A stretch of DNA of 63,095 bases, counting the filler, from Sphacelaria rigidula (lineage: Eukaryota): assembly GCA_964200075.2 (NCBI GenBank). It is 5 parts of 5 records of this genome, joined end to end, with 100 filler letters (N's around TTAATTAATTAA, not from the genome) between each part and the next. Parts side by side here need not be neighbours in the genome. Positions count along the whole stretch, not along the records: positions 12,641 to 25,180 come from CAXNAA020003651.1; positions 25,281 to 37,819 come from CAXNAA020003652.1; 3 more parts are not named here. One strand, given 5' to 3'. The position numbers were made by a program, and so were the translations under genes. Below the pieces are notes generated by a model. It saw only the letters and a program-made list of their open reading frames with translations. It searched no databases and had not been told where the DNA came from. This document shows positions 14,041 through 28,089 of the stretch, piece by piece. Numbering within the stretch: the first letter of the stretch is position 1; each line of letters starts with the position of its first letter.

Positions 14041-15775
14041 GTGTACCTTCGACGGTGTGCCGCACGAATCACGAACACAAAACATGTACGAATCATAACC
14101 CCTGTCAGAACTGAATAGTTGATTCGTACAAATATTGAAAAAGAGCAGACGCACAAGTGATTCATCCGAGCCGTGCTCCGTTCGTCTATCCTGCCGTTTT
14201 GTTTTTCTTCATTTCTCTTCGGCGAGTATTTCCGTTTCAAGTCATTTTGGGCACGTATATCATATGACCACGATTGTATCCCTGGGGGGATCAGTCGATG
14301 TGCGACAATCAATCAGTCCATACATCACGGCATCATGAAAGTGATTGCGGTGATAGGAAGGTGCAGCCATACAATAACGCAAATCCGAGGCACTTGCGAA
14401 GGGATGCAGCTTAATTTGGCAATGAAGCAAGCGACGCGTCTCTCTAGTGAGTAAGCAGAATGCGAACCAGAGGCCCTACGAGGAACACTAACTTGTTTAG
14501 TACAGCGCGAGCTCCGAACATCGCATGCCCCTCATCGACCTTCATCAGGGATACTCATGTGCTCGGGAATGGGGTTATGTGTTCCATCTATATTTTGTAG
14601 AAAGGCTGGACGCATAACTGCTTTAAACCGCGATTTTTCGTTCCGTCGTGTGCCCCGGAAATACGATCCATGTGGTTACTCTGAACAAATCGATTGCTCT
14701 GCTTTGCATCGTGCCTCCATTTTATTTATTTATTTCCCTTTGTTGTGATGGAAAAGGAGCATAATGAGAAGTCATGCGCCGTTCTAATTTAGCAAGCTAG
14801 GGTGAGAAACAAGTGATACCGAGACGGTAAAACAGCACGCGAACAGACCAGCGACTTGAAGGAGGGCGGCCGTCACGCGTAAGGGGGTATGAGTATTGTC
14901 GCAGGTCGAAACGCGGACCGCCTTCCGCACGAGAAGGGGAAGAAGCAATACAGGTTGTACTCATGACCATGCATGCCATATTCATAAGACCATTGACCTC
15001 GAGAAGCAATACAGGGGGAAACAATTGTTAAGTACTGTTGTAGTCGTACTGATCTCGGTTGCTGAGAACTGCCCAAAACGTGCAAGGGAGTATGCAGCGG
15101 CAGTTGCTGCTGCAGTCGGAGAGGCGTACTGTACTGTTGTACTGTACTGTACTGTACTGTACTGTGTGTATGCGCGCCGCAACGCTGATACCTCGAAGAT
15201 GATTTGCCACTTGCAAACAAAGAGGAAAATCGCGGCCCACCCCGACCACGAAGGGCTGTGTGGCAAGGTGATGGGTACAATGATATCATCCAAAGCCACA
15301 AGTGGCGGGCGGCCCGCCGGTCGCCGCATCCTGTTGAAAGCTCTGCAAGGCGTCCAATATCGCTTGCTACATCAGATGTACATCATCTAATGCGCACCCT
15401 GCACCCGAGTCTAGATTGGATGAAACTTTCGGTCTTCGTCATAACCCTGCGGTCCGTGCGCGGCAAAAAGTATATCCACCTATGTGGAGGGAAATAAGAA
15501 TCCACCCACACCTTTTATTATGACCAATCTTGCGGCAGTGTTTTCTAATTCGAGAGCCCACGACGTTCGATCCGAGAGCCCACGACTTTCGAATTTGAGA
15601 GCGTTATGGGTGTTTGCATAAGAACAGCCTCTACGTGTGAGGTGGTGGACAGCACAGTCGTACTATTGTGTAAGCGCTGCTTGATGCTCTGCTGCACCGC
15701 CTTGGCGGTGTACTGTACTGTTACACTGACCACCATTCGAGCCGTCAATCTGCATCTTACTAACCAGTTGCACTG

Positions 15776-16612
15776 TGCACTAGCTACCGCAAATTTTTCT
15801 GGGGCCTGTCCCTTCAGTCTGCGCGCCATGTCCCATGCATCTGCATGTACCATATACGAAGTCTCGTTGAACCCTGCACGGTGTAGAATTACAGATAGAA
15901 CCGACAACACCACCGCGAAACGCGAGGCTGCCTTCTGACCCGCCTACAAATGACGGTATGCCTCGTACTGCGTTCCCAAAGTACAGCCTGTACTTATACC
16001 GTAGTACAGTAGCTGCTTTATAAATACTACCACTGTATCCTGCAGCACACTGGTGGTGCACTGTGACTGTCAGTTGTTGTGGTGACCACCATTCCTGTCG
16101 AAGTCCAGCCAGCTACCAGTACACAACGGGAAAAACTCGCTACAGTATCCCACCATACGGTAGTACCGTACGACACGGGAGCATTTCTTTCTTCCGAGAT
16201 GACGGATAAAATACGAATAGAACATTAGTACAGCACCAACGCAGTGCAGCAGAGTATTAAGTAGGGTGTACGAATTAGTACAATTGTACTGTCTGTGGTC
16301 ATCACAACAATAGTCACAGTGCACCACCAGTGTGCTGCAGGATGCAGTGGTGGTATTAGTATTTATAAAGCAGCTACTGTCCTACGGTACAAGTACAGCC
16401 TGTACTTTGCAAACGCAGTACGAGGCATATACCGTCACTTGTAGGCGGGTCAGAAGGCAGCCTCGGGTTTCGCGGCGGTGTTGTCGGTTCCGTCTGCAAT
16501 TCTACACCGTGTAGGGTTCAACGAGACTTTGTATATGGTACACGCAAAGGCATGGGACATGGCAGACAGACTGAAGAGACAAGCTCCAGAAAAATTTGCG
16601 GTAGCTGGTGCA
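15776..16612. repeat. Long inverted repeat (foldback): arms 15776-16090 and 16295-16612
   Basis: For example GGCTGCCTTCTGACCCGCCTACAA / TTGTAGGCGGGTCAGAAGGCAGCC. ORFs 15545-15913(-) and 16478-16666(+) encode near-identical peptides. Confidence 0.92.
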
Positions 16613-19399
16613 GTATCAGCGGCATCTTTCCTGCCAGTAGATGTACGCGGCTGGGGATGGGTCTGAATCAGCCGGTGCCGATACTGCTGTTGCTGCACCT
16701 GGTGTTTTTCCTCGTGGGAGAGACGGTCCGCGTTTCGATCGTGATACAACGCCCACGCACCTTGCACGTGATACCCACCATGCTGGAAGGCGCGGATGAT
16801 CAGCGGTACGGTTGCTCCCTCGCGGGATTGGGTGATACACCATTATTGTACTACAAATCTAAATCCACTTGGGAGAATAATGCAACCTACATACGTACAC
16901 TAGATTGAAGTATGTGCGAGGGGTCACGTTTTGAGCAGGTTCTTGAAAAAATCTGATGGATTCTTGAAAAGTTATGATTGGTTCTGAAAATGTATTCTGA
17001 AAAAAACGACAGACGTTCTTGTCATGGAAATTCGATGCCGAATTCGAAATGGCCCGAGACAACAACCAGTTGAAAATTGGAACCTACGCCACGGACGAGG
17101 CGACTGCGTGCAGGTGCAGCGCCTGCTCAGATTTGCTTGTTTTGTAACCACTCTGACGGCCGGTGTACAGGGCCGAATCTTACGCGCACGATTCGTTTTG
17201 ATACAAATACAGAGAAAATACAGAAATCTGTGCGATATCATGCACGTGAGAAACGCAATGATACGTGGCATTCATGAAACTCTCGAACGAAATGCGTACG
17301 GTTTAGGCGCCTTCTAGCACATGAGTACCTTGCGCTCTTGAACCAACTCCCGCACACCGTCACGGGTAAGGCTCCGGACTTACACACATGCGTCCTCATG
17401 TGACGAACTCGGGGATATGAAAGCGATTCCACGTCTCCACTCAACGACGTAACCCTACGGGCACTATTTCAGACTTGAGATTAGTTTCACACCTGGAGAG
17501 TCAACTCCTGGTAGATCTATGATGTACCCGCAGATATACAGGGTACTTGTAAAATCGGGAGAAATACCTGTATATTTTACCAACATTCTGTACATTTGGA
17601 GCAGATCCACTGGCACGGTGTGCGTACATGGCCACACTGCATTTAGGTATTCCATGATGGCTGTATTGCATCTCATTGGGTCACCGGTACCAACTCAAAT
17701 CCGGGAGTAATACTCGACCCGACACACTATGCTGGGGTACACGTGGGTCCGGCCCGTTGGCTCTATGACAGGTATCAATTGAGCCAGGTACGGGGCAAAG
17801 AGAGCATGGTGGTAAGGCTCGGTTTCATATAATATAAAATATATGCCAGGTTGGTTACGACGCCTAGCTCGACGCTTACGGCCATTTAGAGTGGTTGGGT
17901 TCAGTCGATGGCCTTGACTGGAGCATCATTTCTCGAAGGCCACTGATGAAACATTCTCAGTACCGGAAGGCGATATGCATTCGTCCAGCCTGCAGAAGAT
18001 ACAGAGTGGTCCCACGACGTGAGACGTGAGGCAAACGAATGTGATGCAAGATTTTGGCTCGAAGATTCAGAGTAAGAACCTCGACGCTTGAGAAGAGATG
18101 GGCATCAATAATGTAAAGGCCATCATTGCAGTGATTTCTTCCTCTTTTCTCGGATTCAGGTCTATTGGACTCAATTTCCGAAAACGAAACAGAAGCCATG
18201 GTTTTCGGAAAAGCAAAAGAGAGGAAAGAGTTTTTTTAATGATTGACATGCATTTTCTCCTAGATTTTTAAGGTCGAACATCCTGACCTTCGAGCCACAA
18301 AACCAAGACAGAGTGTAGATTCTCAAAAGCATGGAATCCCTTTCATGGTTGTAGATAATTTCCCCACTGTTTGCTTCGGCAGTAGCTTTCGACGGACGAC
18401 CTGTTGGTGGGCCGAAACAGACATATTTCCCCTTCGTCTTGATATCAGCTTCACGCTCACCAGTTTTCGATCAAATCGGCAAAATAGGAGTATCACGATT
18501 TCTGTACCAGACCGCCACTAACCCGTACCGCGACTAGGAAGTATTTGGTATCCCAGGATGTCGTGAAATGATGAAAAACCTTGATGACGGATCAGGGCGC
18601 GGGGTGCAACTCCAGGTCGGCAGTGAGCATGCGGGGAGCCCACTTGTTGTGTTGTTTTCTGCCGCTACATGCCGTGTTCCAACTGGCGACACGTTTTTGG
18701 GTCAAGCAGTGGAACCACCCTGTAGATGTGGGCCATCGCAAGCTTAGGCTACCCATGTCAGTGCCATCGTGTGAAAAGGTACCAGCATGGCCATTGTTCA
18801 AAGTGGCATAGCCCCGTCATCGCGATCGTCTGCACTACCGGAACCGGTTCTATGTAAAGCCCTACTGCCGGGCACCATTTACTCCTGGACAATCTTGGAC
18901 TCTTCATGCTGGCGGCGCTCAACATTGCCAACATCATTGAGTCGAGCCGCCGCTGATCGGGCGATTCGAAATTCGAGTTATGAATATTGTTCAGCTCGTC
19001 GGACGACAAAACAAAACGATTTCAGCGTGAGAAGCAGAAACCATCGCACACGAAATGTACACACACGGACAGGCACAGCAAGAAGCAGAGTACCTTCTAC
19101 AAAAGTTGTACGGCACTAGAAAGCAAGCTAGTAGAGGAGTTGCGTCCGTTCGGCACTTTCCGTTTGGCTGTGCTGCTGCTGCAGCACCAGTACCCCCGGC
19201 TGCTTCTGCGAACTAGGCAGCCATTGAGGACCGGACACAGGTATCACCCTCACCGCGCGTATGTCTCTGGACGCGGCTGATCGTCTGGGGTGGAGCGTGG
19301 GCACAACGCGGTAGTGTCGTACTGTGTGTGCACCACATCATACGGACCAAACAATGGTTGAGGTAGGTACCGCCAGAAAAACTGTAAGAAACTGCCGAC

Positions 19400-20830
19400 A
19401 GTTCATGACTACTCATAGCTACATACGCGGGGACAATGTGATGAAAGTACGCAAAAACCATGATTCTTTGAGGATGTTATTGCCAAAGAGCGTCAGTGTT
19501 TCCGTCAGCCATTCAATTCTTCCTCCACCACTTTTAGACGTCACCGCATTTTTGTAGGTGATGACGGATACCGCGGGGTTTTGGGCCCTACGCTGCGCAC
19601 ATGACTGCCATTTCTTCACAGCAAACTCACAACGCAGCAAGTGTGAACGATTGCAGAAGCGGTTAAAAGGTGCTCATATACCTCGGGCGCAAAGCGTAAT
19701 CGATACTTTACAGCATATTCAGGCGGCTGGCGACGAGGGAGGGCAGGCTTTGTCTCTTCTTCGGTGTTCAACACCCCCTATCGCGGACCACCCTCCGTCG
19801 TGTTTTGAGAGGCTGATGCTGTCATGCTGCACTGATTCTCACCTTACTAAGACATCGAATATAATCTTGGAGTGATCAGCGTTATATCGCAAAAGGTTCG
19901 GCGGACTTAAACGTATCTCGTCACTCAAGTGTCTTGATTGCAGCTGGATAACGTGTCTCGGAAAATGGCTCAATATACTCAATGACCCGAAAAATGCCTA
20001 GGCACAGCTACATTCGGAATACCGCTGTGTTGACATCAAAAGCAGGAAGCGCCTGGGCTACGGAGTTTCCTGAAATGAGGAAGATATAGACATGAAGCAC
20101 AGAGCATGATGAACCCACCGCAAAAGGTTTGGCTGGAATACATCCATATCGCAAGTGAAACACTGCGGCGGGAGTTGCGCTACTTTGCCAACACCGGGAC
20201 AACGAAGCGTACCTCGCTCAGCTTTAATACACAACCCGCATCGGACACTAACGCAACAGTGTTAGGCCGGCTTCCGAACAAAGAAAAAGCGCTGATTATT
20301 ATAAAAGAATCTCCAGGTGAAGACACAAATGACGGTGATATGCCACACACAGCAAAGATGTACGGTACACCGAAAGGTGAACGATGAAGCCCAGAGAGCT
20401 TGGATTAGCTGGTGAGAGCTTTGTGAAGCGAAACCGCTGGGGTAGTTCATCACGCTGCACTTCCGCGGACGTTTCATCCACATCTCTATATTCTAACGCC
20501 CGGCACAGACTTCATGATACCCCTTCGTCACAAAGCACCAACTCAGACCAATCGACTTGGGCTGAACAGTTCGAAGCCGCATACGCACTAGTGCATCAAG
20601 TTTCAATGTGACGGACCATTCCCGGGAGAGAAAAGGCTAGCGTGAAGACCAAACTACGAGCAGCAAAGATCACAGCGTTCTGTGAGGCTAAGGGCACAAT
20701 CGTGGCCTTAAAAGATAGCTGCCAGCATGTCCTACTTGTGCGTGAAGTGACATCATGAGTTACACAGCGCGTGTTTTGTGCAATCGCGTCTTGGATTTGC
20801 ACAATCGAAGATTACCATTGCGTTTGTGCA
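19400..20830 (+). pseudogene. Possible heavily decayed DNA-transposon transposase (Sola-like)
   Basis: Scattered motifs in broken frames: SKCERL (~19636), LQLDNVSRK (19938) and EEDID (~20077), resembling the LQLDN..ENKN and HEDID motifs of Sola1-type transposases; many stops. Confidence 0.3.
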
Positions 20831-21229
20831 ACAGTAGTATCTGTTTCCAGCGGTTGGGGACTACCGATCGTCAGTTGGTACGCTGCGATGAGTAGAATCG
20901 AACCGGCTTCTTGCAGGAAGTAGCCGTGGACATGATATATTATTGAGGGCCAATATGTTCGCGTTTTGTCCCCGGTGCCGCGCGATGTATCAAGTCTCAG
21001 CACCTACCAACCGCTGTACGGCGCAAGAACATATTCCCACTAACCGTGCAGACACTACAGCGAATTTGTGGTGCCACACCGTACATCGTACCGTACAACA
21101 TCAGTACCGCACCCCGACAACACACAGCACACCACCCAAAATACTCAAATGGCCATGGTAATGTGGCTCACATGTGAGAATAGCGCTACATCGTTCAACA
21201 TGTAGAAGATGAACTTCACACCCACCCAC

Positions 21230-21895
21230 TCATGTGTTTTTCCTCGGGGGAGGGTCCTTCCACACCCGTACGCATGTGTGAGGCCGTATTTTATAGCAGT
21301 GACCAATCTTGATATTGTCTACCATCGGGCGAAGAAAAATCGGGGAATGCATCTATGGGTCCCGATTTGGACCAAACCGGGGAGAAGAGAGAGAAATGGG
21401 GTGTCACGATCTCAGAACGATTTCATCCCCATTGGTTTTGAAAAATCGAGGAATCGTTCCGGAATCGTGACTGCCCTCGATTTTTATGAGCTGGTGTATG
21501 TGCATCGATGTACTATGGTGGAATGCGAGACGTTTAAAACTTTTGCACACCGCAGTAGAAGACAGTCTCGTGACAGCGCAGGGCTTGCCTGCCCGTGCAA
21601 GGTGCTGAACCAGCTTTGCATGGGGTTTGACGAGCGGATAATAAGTCTTGACGCCGTGCCCTGCGGCGATGGTAATATGTTATGCTGTGCTGTGCTGTCA
21701 TCTGTATCACTATAACGAACGGTACTGTAGTCTCCTAGTCTGTTGTCGCTGCTCTTGCACGGTGATGTATGGCAGGCACTGCACTACTGAACTCTGCTTG
21801 CTTTTTGTTTGTTCACTGTTCTCGCAATACGGACTGTGCCATCATGTACCACCACACGGGATCATATACTGTACTGATGAAGTGTTCTGCACTGT
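21230..21895. repeat. Dispersed repeat, inverted homolog of 10950-11590
   Basis: See the 10950-11590 entry. Confidence 0.7.
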
Positions 21896-24659
21896 ATTTC
21901 CCTAGAGTATCCAGGTACGACACTGTACTCGAATGATTCTTCACCGCCTGCCTGCTCTTCGGCTATATGCAAGACTACTGCACGCAGTACCAGACTCATG
22001 CAGAAAATGATCGTCTGTGTACAGAACTGTTTCATAAATCTGTGATACTGTCTGGACCATAAAACAGTCCCCCCGATTTGGAGTTCGCGAATTTAAGCCT
22101 CCCTGGTTTTGAAGAAATCGGGGTCCCAGAAGAATCGAGATTCGTTGCCGTAAAAAATTGTCTAATTGTGTCATTCTTCCCCACAGCATGGACTGCGGGT
22201 TCGAGGACGAAGTATAGTGGCAGTAAAAGCAAAATATGACATGCAAAAACAATTTTTTTCAGTCACAGGCGACAACTTACGACGAGCTTCGATAAAAAGC
22301 AAGGTCGTACGGTACGTGGCCTCTGTGTTTGGTGTGTTATGATCGTGCTCGAGCTGTGTTGCGTCGGATGCCGACAGCTCAGCCAGAAATGAAATACGTC
22401 ACACGTTGTCAGTGAAATCTGTCCATGTTTTGCATGTTTTCCCTTCCAAATATGCTTCCTCTGCCGTCGGTTCCTCGTCTTGCACGTGAGTTATCGGTCG
22501 TTGGTTCTCCATTTTTGCACGTTCCAACCTTTCAAATGATCGCTCATGATTGATGCTTGAGTTTTACAAAATGATGCTATCGTACTTCAGTACTTCCGTA
22601 CGATCAAATCTGCCATATTTTCATACTTTCGTGGTTTCGTCTGCGGGATGACCGCTGGAGGCACCTGCGTCTACTCCTGTCCCGTAATTATGAGTGAACA
22701 GTGCACACGAGTATTCAGTATTTCGATTCTCCTTTCTCGTCTGCAGCGAGTGCAGTGCCTTTTTCGGGTAGCTTGAACTTCAACAGGAAATGCTTCAACT
22801 CTTGATGGCTTTTGTGTGGCAATTTCAATGTCCCCCCTCCATGACTTCACTCGAACGCAGCCATATATTGAAGAGAAATGCAGGACCAACGATGAACATC
22901 TACAACCGTTCAGCAGGGAGGTTGGGTAAATGCTTTGAGCTATAAGGCTGAGCCAGTCCATAATGGCAGCACAGCACAGCAGCCCTTGTGCCGTTACTGC
23001 CATCTCTACCGTTTAGACTTCGATTTTTCTCGTGGTTCCTGAATGCCTTTGCCTTCTCACTCGGTGATTTACAGCAATGAGTACATTCGTGTATTCAAGT
23101 ATTGCAGTAGCGTAGTTGTACCGACAGCATACCGATAATCGCGATTACCTCCGTAGGGTACCCAGGTTTCCTGCAGCCGTGGTGAGCGCAACAGCCAAGA
23201 CCTTAGTCATGCGACCACCAACGTCCACGGCATAGCTATTTCGGAGGAGCGCACGCCGTCTTCACGAGCGAAACCAATGCAAGCCAACACCACCTCGTAC
23301 CTTACCGTACTTTACGGGTGCTACACATCGTGTACCACGGTGACAGTATGAAACATGAGCGCTGTACCGTGTCATCCTTTCCGGGAAACCGCAACCGAGG
23401 ACAGCCAAAGTAAACTCAAGAAGCGGCGCACTGTATATGCGCGGAAATGTCTGCGCCCCACACCCGTACCTGTGCCTGCATACTAGCTCTATGTGAGAGA
23501 TGGCAGGGATACGCCCGGAGTGTTGGCTGCAGGAAGCCACCCCGATAGCCACGACGTCAAACATGTGCGCGGTACATCGCATTTCTTTCTCTACACTCGA
23601 CGCAACGCCACCAAACCGGCGGCGGTCAGTGCCTGACTTCAGTAGCTTCCTGAGGTACTCCGATGTCTTGTAGCCACCGGGTATGCTCAGCATTTGCGAC
23701 GAGACTGATCACGGCAAGAGCCCGGTCATGGCCATGAAACAAAGGACGAACACGTTTGAGCGGATGTACGTGACATACCCAGAAACCACTGGACTGCCAT
23801 TCGGTAGGGTACAATGTAGTGGAGAATATTCAGTCGTACAGACACGACGGGTTTCTCCGGCGTTGTTAATCTCAAATTGTTCATGTTTGCTGTTTCGGTG
23901 CAAAGAGGAATGAGAGTGGCTCTCATGGGACCCGTTCAAGATCAAAATCGGAAATGTGAAAAACTTCATCTTGAAAAGCGAAATTAGTGACGGTTGCGGA
24001 CAAAAGTGACTCGAACATTTGAATTTTGGTCAGCGGGCGGGTTCCTGATGAGAACGGGTACCCCACTCTTATGAGGAACCCACCGGCTGACCAAGATTGA
24101 GGAGCTGATCAAAATGGGGGAAAAACGAAACTGGGATAAGCCATGCTTTAGCACAACAACAACCACGTCCTCTCTCAGATTCCGTAGCGCTCACTGCACT
24201 GTGAGATCTTTACACCTTGTAGACACAATTTAGTCTACGCTGGGGTTGCCTCCGCTGATATACGGTTGGGTTCCGCTTTGCATAAAATAACGAGCAATGG
24301 ACTAGAAAGGGTATACCTTCTCGTTTTTTGCCCAAGAAAGGTACGAAAAAAGGCCAGAAACGCGAAAACAGCCAAACACGCCATTTCGACCGTTTTCGCT
24401 ACAAACGTTTCACGCACATGTTTCGATGCCTTACCCTAACCCAAATCCCAAGCATACCGAGAATTCTCGGGCAAGGGCGGTACACAGTACTCTCTTGGCA
24501 AAATGCGGCCTTGGTGGACCCCAAATCGGCGCCTATGGCATCGGTTTTAACGAAAATGCGTTTTGCGCATGCGAGGAGCACACGGGACTGTCAGCCCTGC
24601 TAAAGATCCGATTCTCGGTGTTCACACTCATATCAAGTGATACCAACCATGAACATTTG

Positions 24660-24770
24660 AAGCTCAACGGTTAACCTTTAGATGACGAGAAAGGGCCATC
24701 TGTTGAATCGGCATCAACTTCACTTGAAAAAATTATGCATGATCCAGATGAACTACCCTCGCGGTCTAAG
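24660..24770. repeat. Dispersed repeat shared, inverted, with 42845-42960
   Basis: CATCTGTTGAATCGGC.TCAA..TCACTTGAAAAAAT.ATGCATGATC occurs in both. Confidence 0.75.
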
Positions 24771-25180
24771 GGTCAACACACCCATCACGTCTATCGACAC
24801 AATATGTGGACTCACAATTTACAGCACGTCGGTCCCTTGTGATCCAGTGGGTTGTGGAATACTGTTGTACTATTGCGATCTCGGGGCGGGTGTCAGGGTC
24901 AAGCTAGGCTCTTCCGCCACAAACGGGCGATATTCGCATCATCGATGGTTGGTTCAAGCAACGGATACAGTACTGGTCGTCACGCAAAGAGAGCTAGAGA
25001 CAGAACAGTAATAGCGGAGAGACTTGAGAATTTCCGGGAAGAAGGGGGCGTGGTCGTTGTGCCGTGCGTGAACGGCAAATGAGCGGGAAAAGAGCCGAAG
25101 GTGTGGGTGCCATGGTTGGAGTTGGCGCGTAGACTCCCTTGCGCGATATGTGCCGCATCAGGTACAGTTTAGAGAGCGAT

Positions 25181-25280
25181 NNNNNNNNNNNNNNNNNNNN
25201 NNNNNNNNNNNNNNNNNNNNNNNNTTAATTAATTAANNNNNNNNNNNNNNNNNNNNNNNNNNNNNNNNNNNNNNNNNNNN
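25181..25280. other. Artificial contig spacer
   Basis: N44-TTAATTAATTAA-N44. Confidence 0.98.
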
Positions 25281-25314
25281 ACCACTGTAGGGAAACCCTG
25301 TGGAGCGTCCTGTG

Positions 25315-25910
25315 CTACGCTGGAAAACACTGTGCAGTAAAATTCCCGCCAGAAACACTGCGCAGGATACGTAAACCCTGTAGACCCCCTCCACAGGGTG
25401 CTATCTGTCCACGTGTGTTACCGTTCGGGTGAAAGGCGCTCGTGGCAATTTTGCGGATGCCCAGGAGCTTATAAAGCTCATCAGAGTGATCTGAGCAAAA
25501 TTGCTGACCATTGTCTGAAAGGAGTCGCTTTGGGCAACCGTAGTGGTTAATATACTCGTGGACCGACATGTCAGCCGTTCCGGCGGCAGGGAAATCTGCG
25601 GTGGTTACCGCGTGGCGGCTCAAGCGGTCAGTGAAGAGTAAGATGTAGGTGTTGCCGCGACCTGTGGTCGGTAGAGGACCAAAGTAGTCAGAGGACACAA
25701 GGTGGCCGGACTCGTCGGAGAGTGCCATCGAAATGATGGGTCAGCGTACTGTCCGTCGTGAAGTCTTTCGGGCTTGGCATTTGAAGCATCACCGAATCCA
25801 GAAGCGGGTTGAAATTTCCATGCCAACCCACCAGTAGAATCGCTCCAAGAGTGCGAGGGTGCGGGTGACACCAAGGTGACATGACAAGACTGTGTGGCAG
25901 CCTTTCATGA
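25315..25910 (-). pseudogene. Gypsy integrase (HHCC zinc finger plus partial DDE core), truncated
   Basis: CH....CHLGVTRTL...FYWW...KCQARK in shifted frames; DYFGPLP, YILLFTDRLSR, LLSDNGQQF, TSAFHPNGN. Confidence 0.9.
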
Positions 25911-26803
25911 CCCAGGGGCGCATTAATTATGGCACATATATGCGCGTTGGTTCGTCATCAAGTAGTCGTGCGTGGCGTTTCGTGGTTGAGGCGGAAATTG
26001 CGCCTGTCAAAGGCGTGGGCCGACGCACGAGTAGTTGCACACCTTAATCCGTAGTCAAAAGGGTGCCTTTACGCACGAGCTCGTATACGTCAGAAATAAC
26101 TGGTGGTGGCAGTGTGCCAACCGGGACCAGAAGTGTGGATGGAAAAGGGACTGGACAGTCGAGTTGCAAGTACCGGATGGCTACGAGACATAGCGGTTCT
26201 GCGTTTTGTTCGCGAGCACAATCGCGGTGAGAGTAACTGGCGAGAAACTCGCGTAGTTGACCTTCCGCTGGCGAGCCGACCAAGCATGGTGCGGCAGGCG
26301 GCGGGGGAATAGGCGACGGGGCAGAAATGCTGACGTCAATATCTGTGTGGGAAGCAGGAGCTAAGTCGTCAGCTCCGTGCTCGGGAGCGGTAGATGTTGG
26401 CGGCGCCGTTATGGGCGGCGGGGCTGTAACAGTGCGCGGCGAAGACTGTCCGCGGCGCGTGGTGTACGTTGCAAAAGGTTTCGCGGAGCTCTGCGTGTTG
26501 GTCTATGGAACTTGCGCTGGGTGGCTCGAAGAAATTGAAGGTGTTATTGGTGGCGGCGGGGCACTCGGGGTAGTGCGGGCGGCAGACCGGGAGCGCGTGT
26601 TGTCGCAGATAAGGTGAGTGACTGGAGGTGTCTACGCCAAGAGTTTCGCGCGAGTACCAAATGTGCGGAAATCGACAAAATCGGAGGTAGTGGGCGTTAA
26701 CCCGCCCCGGACGGCGCCATATGGTAGAGGGCGGGGTCCTCCCATATGCATACCGGTTTCCGGGCACTGGAGGTCGAGGGCGTAAACGGGCGTTGAAAAA
26801 CGT

Positions 26804-27496
26804 CTAATCGCGTATCGCGTAAATTTCGGGTTCATCGGGTTCCGTCAGACGGCAAGCCGTGCTGGAATCTGCGGCCGTAGGCGGCAGGGGTAGGCGAGAA
26901 AGAAGATCAGCGTTACCGTTGGTTTTGCCTGGACGGTGCTTAATGGTATACTGGTATGCTATTAGAACCTCCAACCATCGTTGTACACGCGGGCTGTGTT
27001 CGCCAACCTTGGCGAGTTGTTCGAGTGCTCCGTGATCCGTATATATCTCAAAGGGCACGTGAAACAGACATTGTCGAAGGCGCTTAATGGCACAAGTAAT
27101 TACTCCGCCTTCCAGTTCTAGTGGGCTCGAATTAGCCTCGTTGGGCAGGGTAGCGCGGCTGATATAGAGGATGGGTCGGACGGAGCCATCAACTTGAGGT
27201 TGATTCAAAACTCATCCAAATCCGTTTGTGCTTGCGTCAGTGTGGAGTTGGAAAAGGCGGGAGCAATCTTGTACTGCCTCCCAATCAGAAAAGCAGAGTG
27301 CCGGCTTGTCGGTGAGCGTCTTGAGTAATTCGCGGGTGATATTCTCCATTTCGATTGTGAAGGAGGACGTGGCTCCTTTCTTGAGTAACTCAGTAAGGGG
27401 GCGAATCCGTTTCGATAAATTCGGCGAAAAATTGCGGTAGTAGGACAGTCCGCCCAACAAGGAGCGAAGTTGAGAAATGTTAGTTGGCATCGGCAA
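26804..27496 (-). pseudogene. Gypsy RT connection and RNase H (in-frame stop at ~27212)
   Basis: LRSLLGGLSYYR, FQLHTDAS, LELEGG, FEIYTDH, RVQRW, HRPGKTNGNADLLSR. Confidence 0.92.
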
Positions 27497-27501
27497 GTCA
27501 G

Positions 27502-28089
27502 TTATCGCTTTAACTTTGTATCCGGATGCAGGTCGGCTGGCGAAATGGAATTTCCCAAGGAATCCAAGTCAGCCGCACCAAGGCGAGGTTTGGATGGAGA
27601 CAGTTTCAAATCGTGCGTGCGTAGGCGAGAGAGAAATTCTCGTAGAGTGCGTATATGTGCAATAGGTGAGGCATCGAAAGCGATAGCGTCATCCAGGGAC
27701 ATGATAATATGCTCGAGGCCCTCAGTGACGCGTTGCATTAAGCGTTGAAAGCATCCCGGGGCAGTGGCGGCGCCTTGTGGCATTCGAAGCCACTCATAGA
27801 GTCCGAACGAGTTACAAAAAGCCGTAAGTGGGACTGTGTCAGGGTGTATAGCATTCTGAAAAACTCCAGAAGCGAGGTCGAAGGTGCTGAATATTTCGCC
27901 TTCGCCTAAGGAGTCGAAGACTTCATCAATGCGGGGAATTTGAAGTTTACCGACCACAGTGACGCGGTTCAACCGTTGATAATTCACGGTTATGCGTATG
28001 TTTCCATTCTTTTTGGGGACGACCACAAGGGGCGAGGCCCAAGGAAAGGAGGAATTTTGTATCAATCCCGCTGCCAAATGCGCATCCAA
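27502..28089 (-). pseudogene. Gypsy reverse transcriptase (frameshifted; YxDD reads SLDD)
   Basis: WASPLVVVPKKNGNIRITVNYQRLN, IPRIDEVFD, FSTFDLASG, YEWLRMPQG, IMSLDD. Confidence 0.93.

Noticed and set aside
10950-21895. An 11-kb element with ~650-bp TIRs, or a giant palindrome centred near the 16-kb foldback
   Set aside because: The arms lie on different contigs (spacer at 12541) and are strongly diverged; they are dispersed copies
24430-24450. Telomere-like CCCTAA
   Set aside because: Only one or two units inside a repeat fragment
24840-25180. Continuation of the Gypsy element to the left of the spacer
   Set aside because: Different contig; any resemblance to a retroelement tail cannot be linked to it
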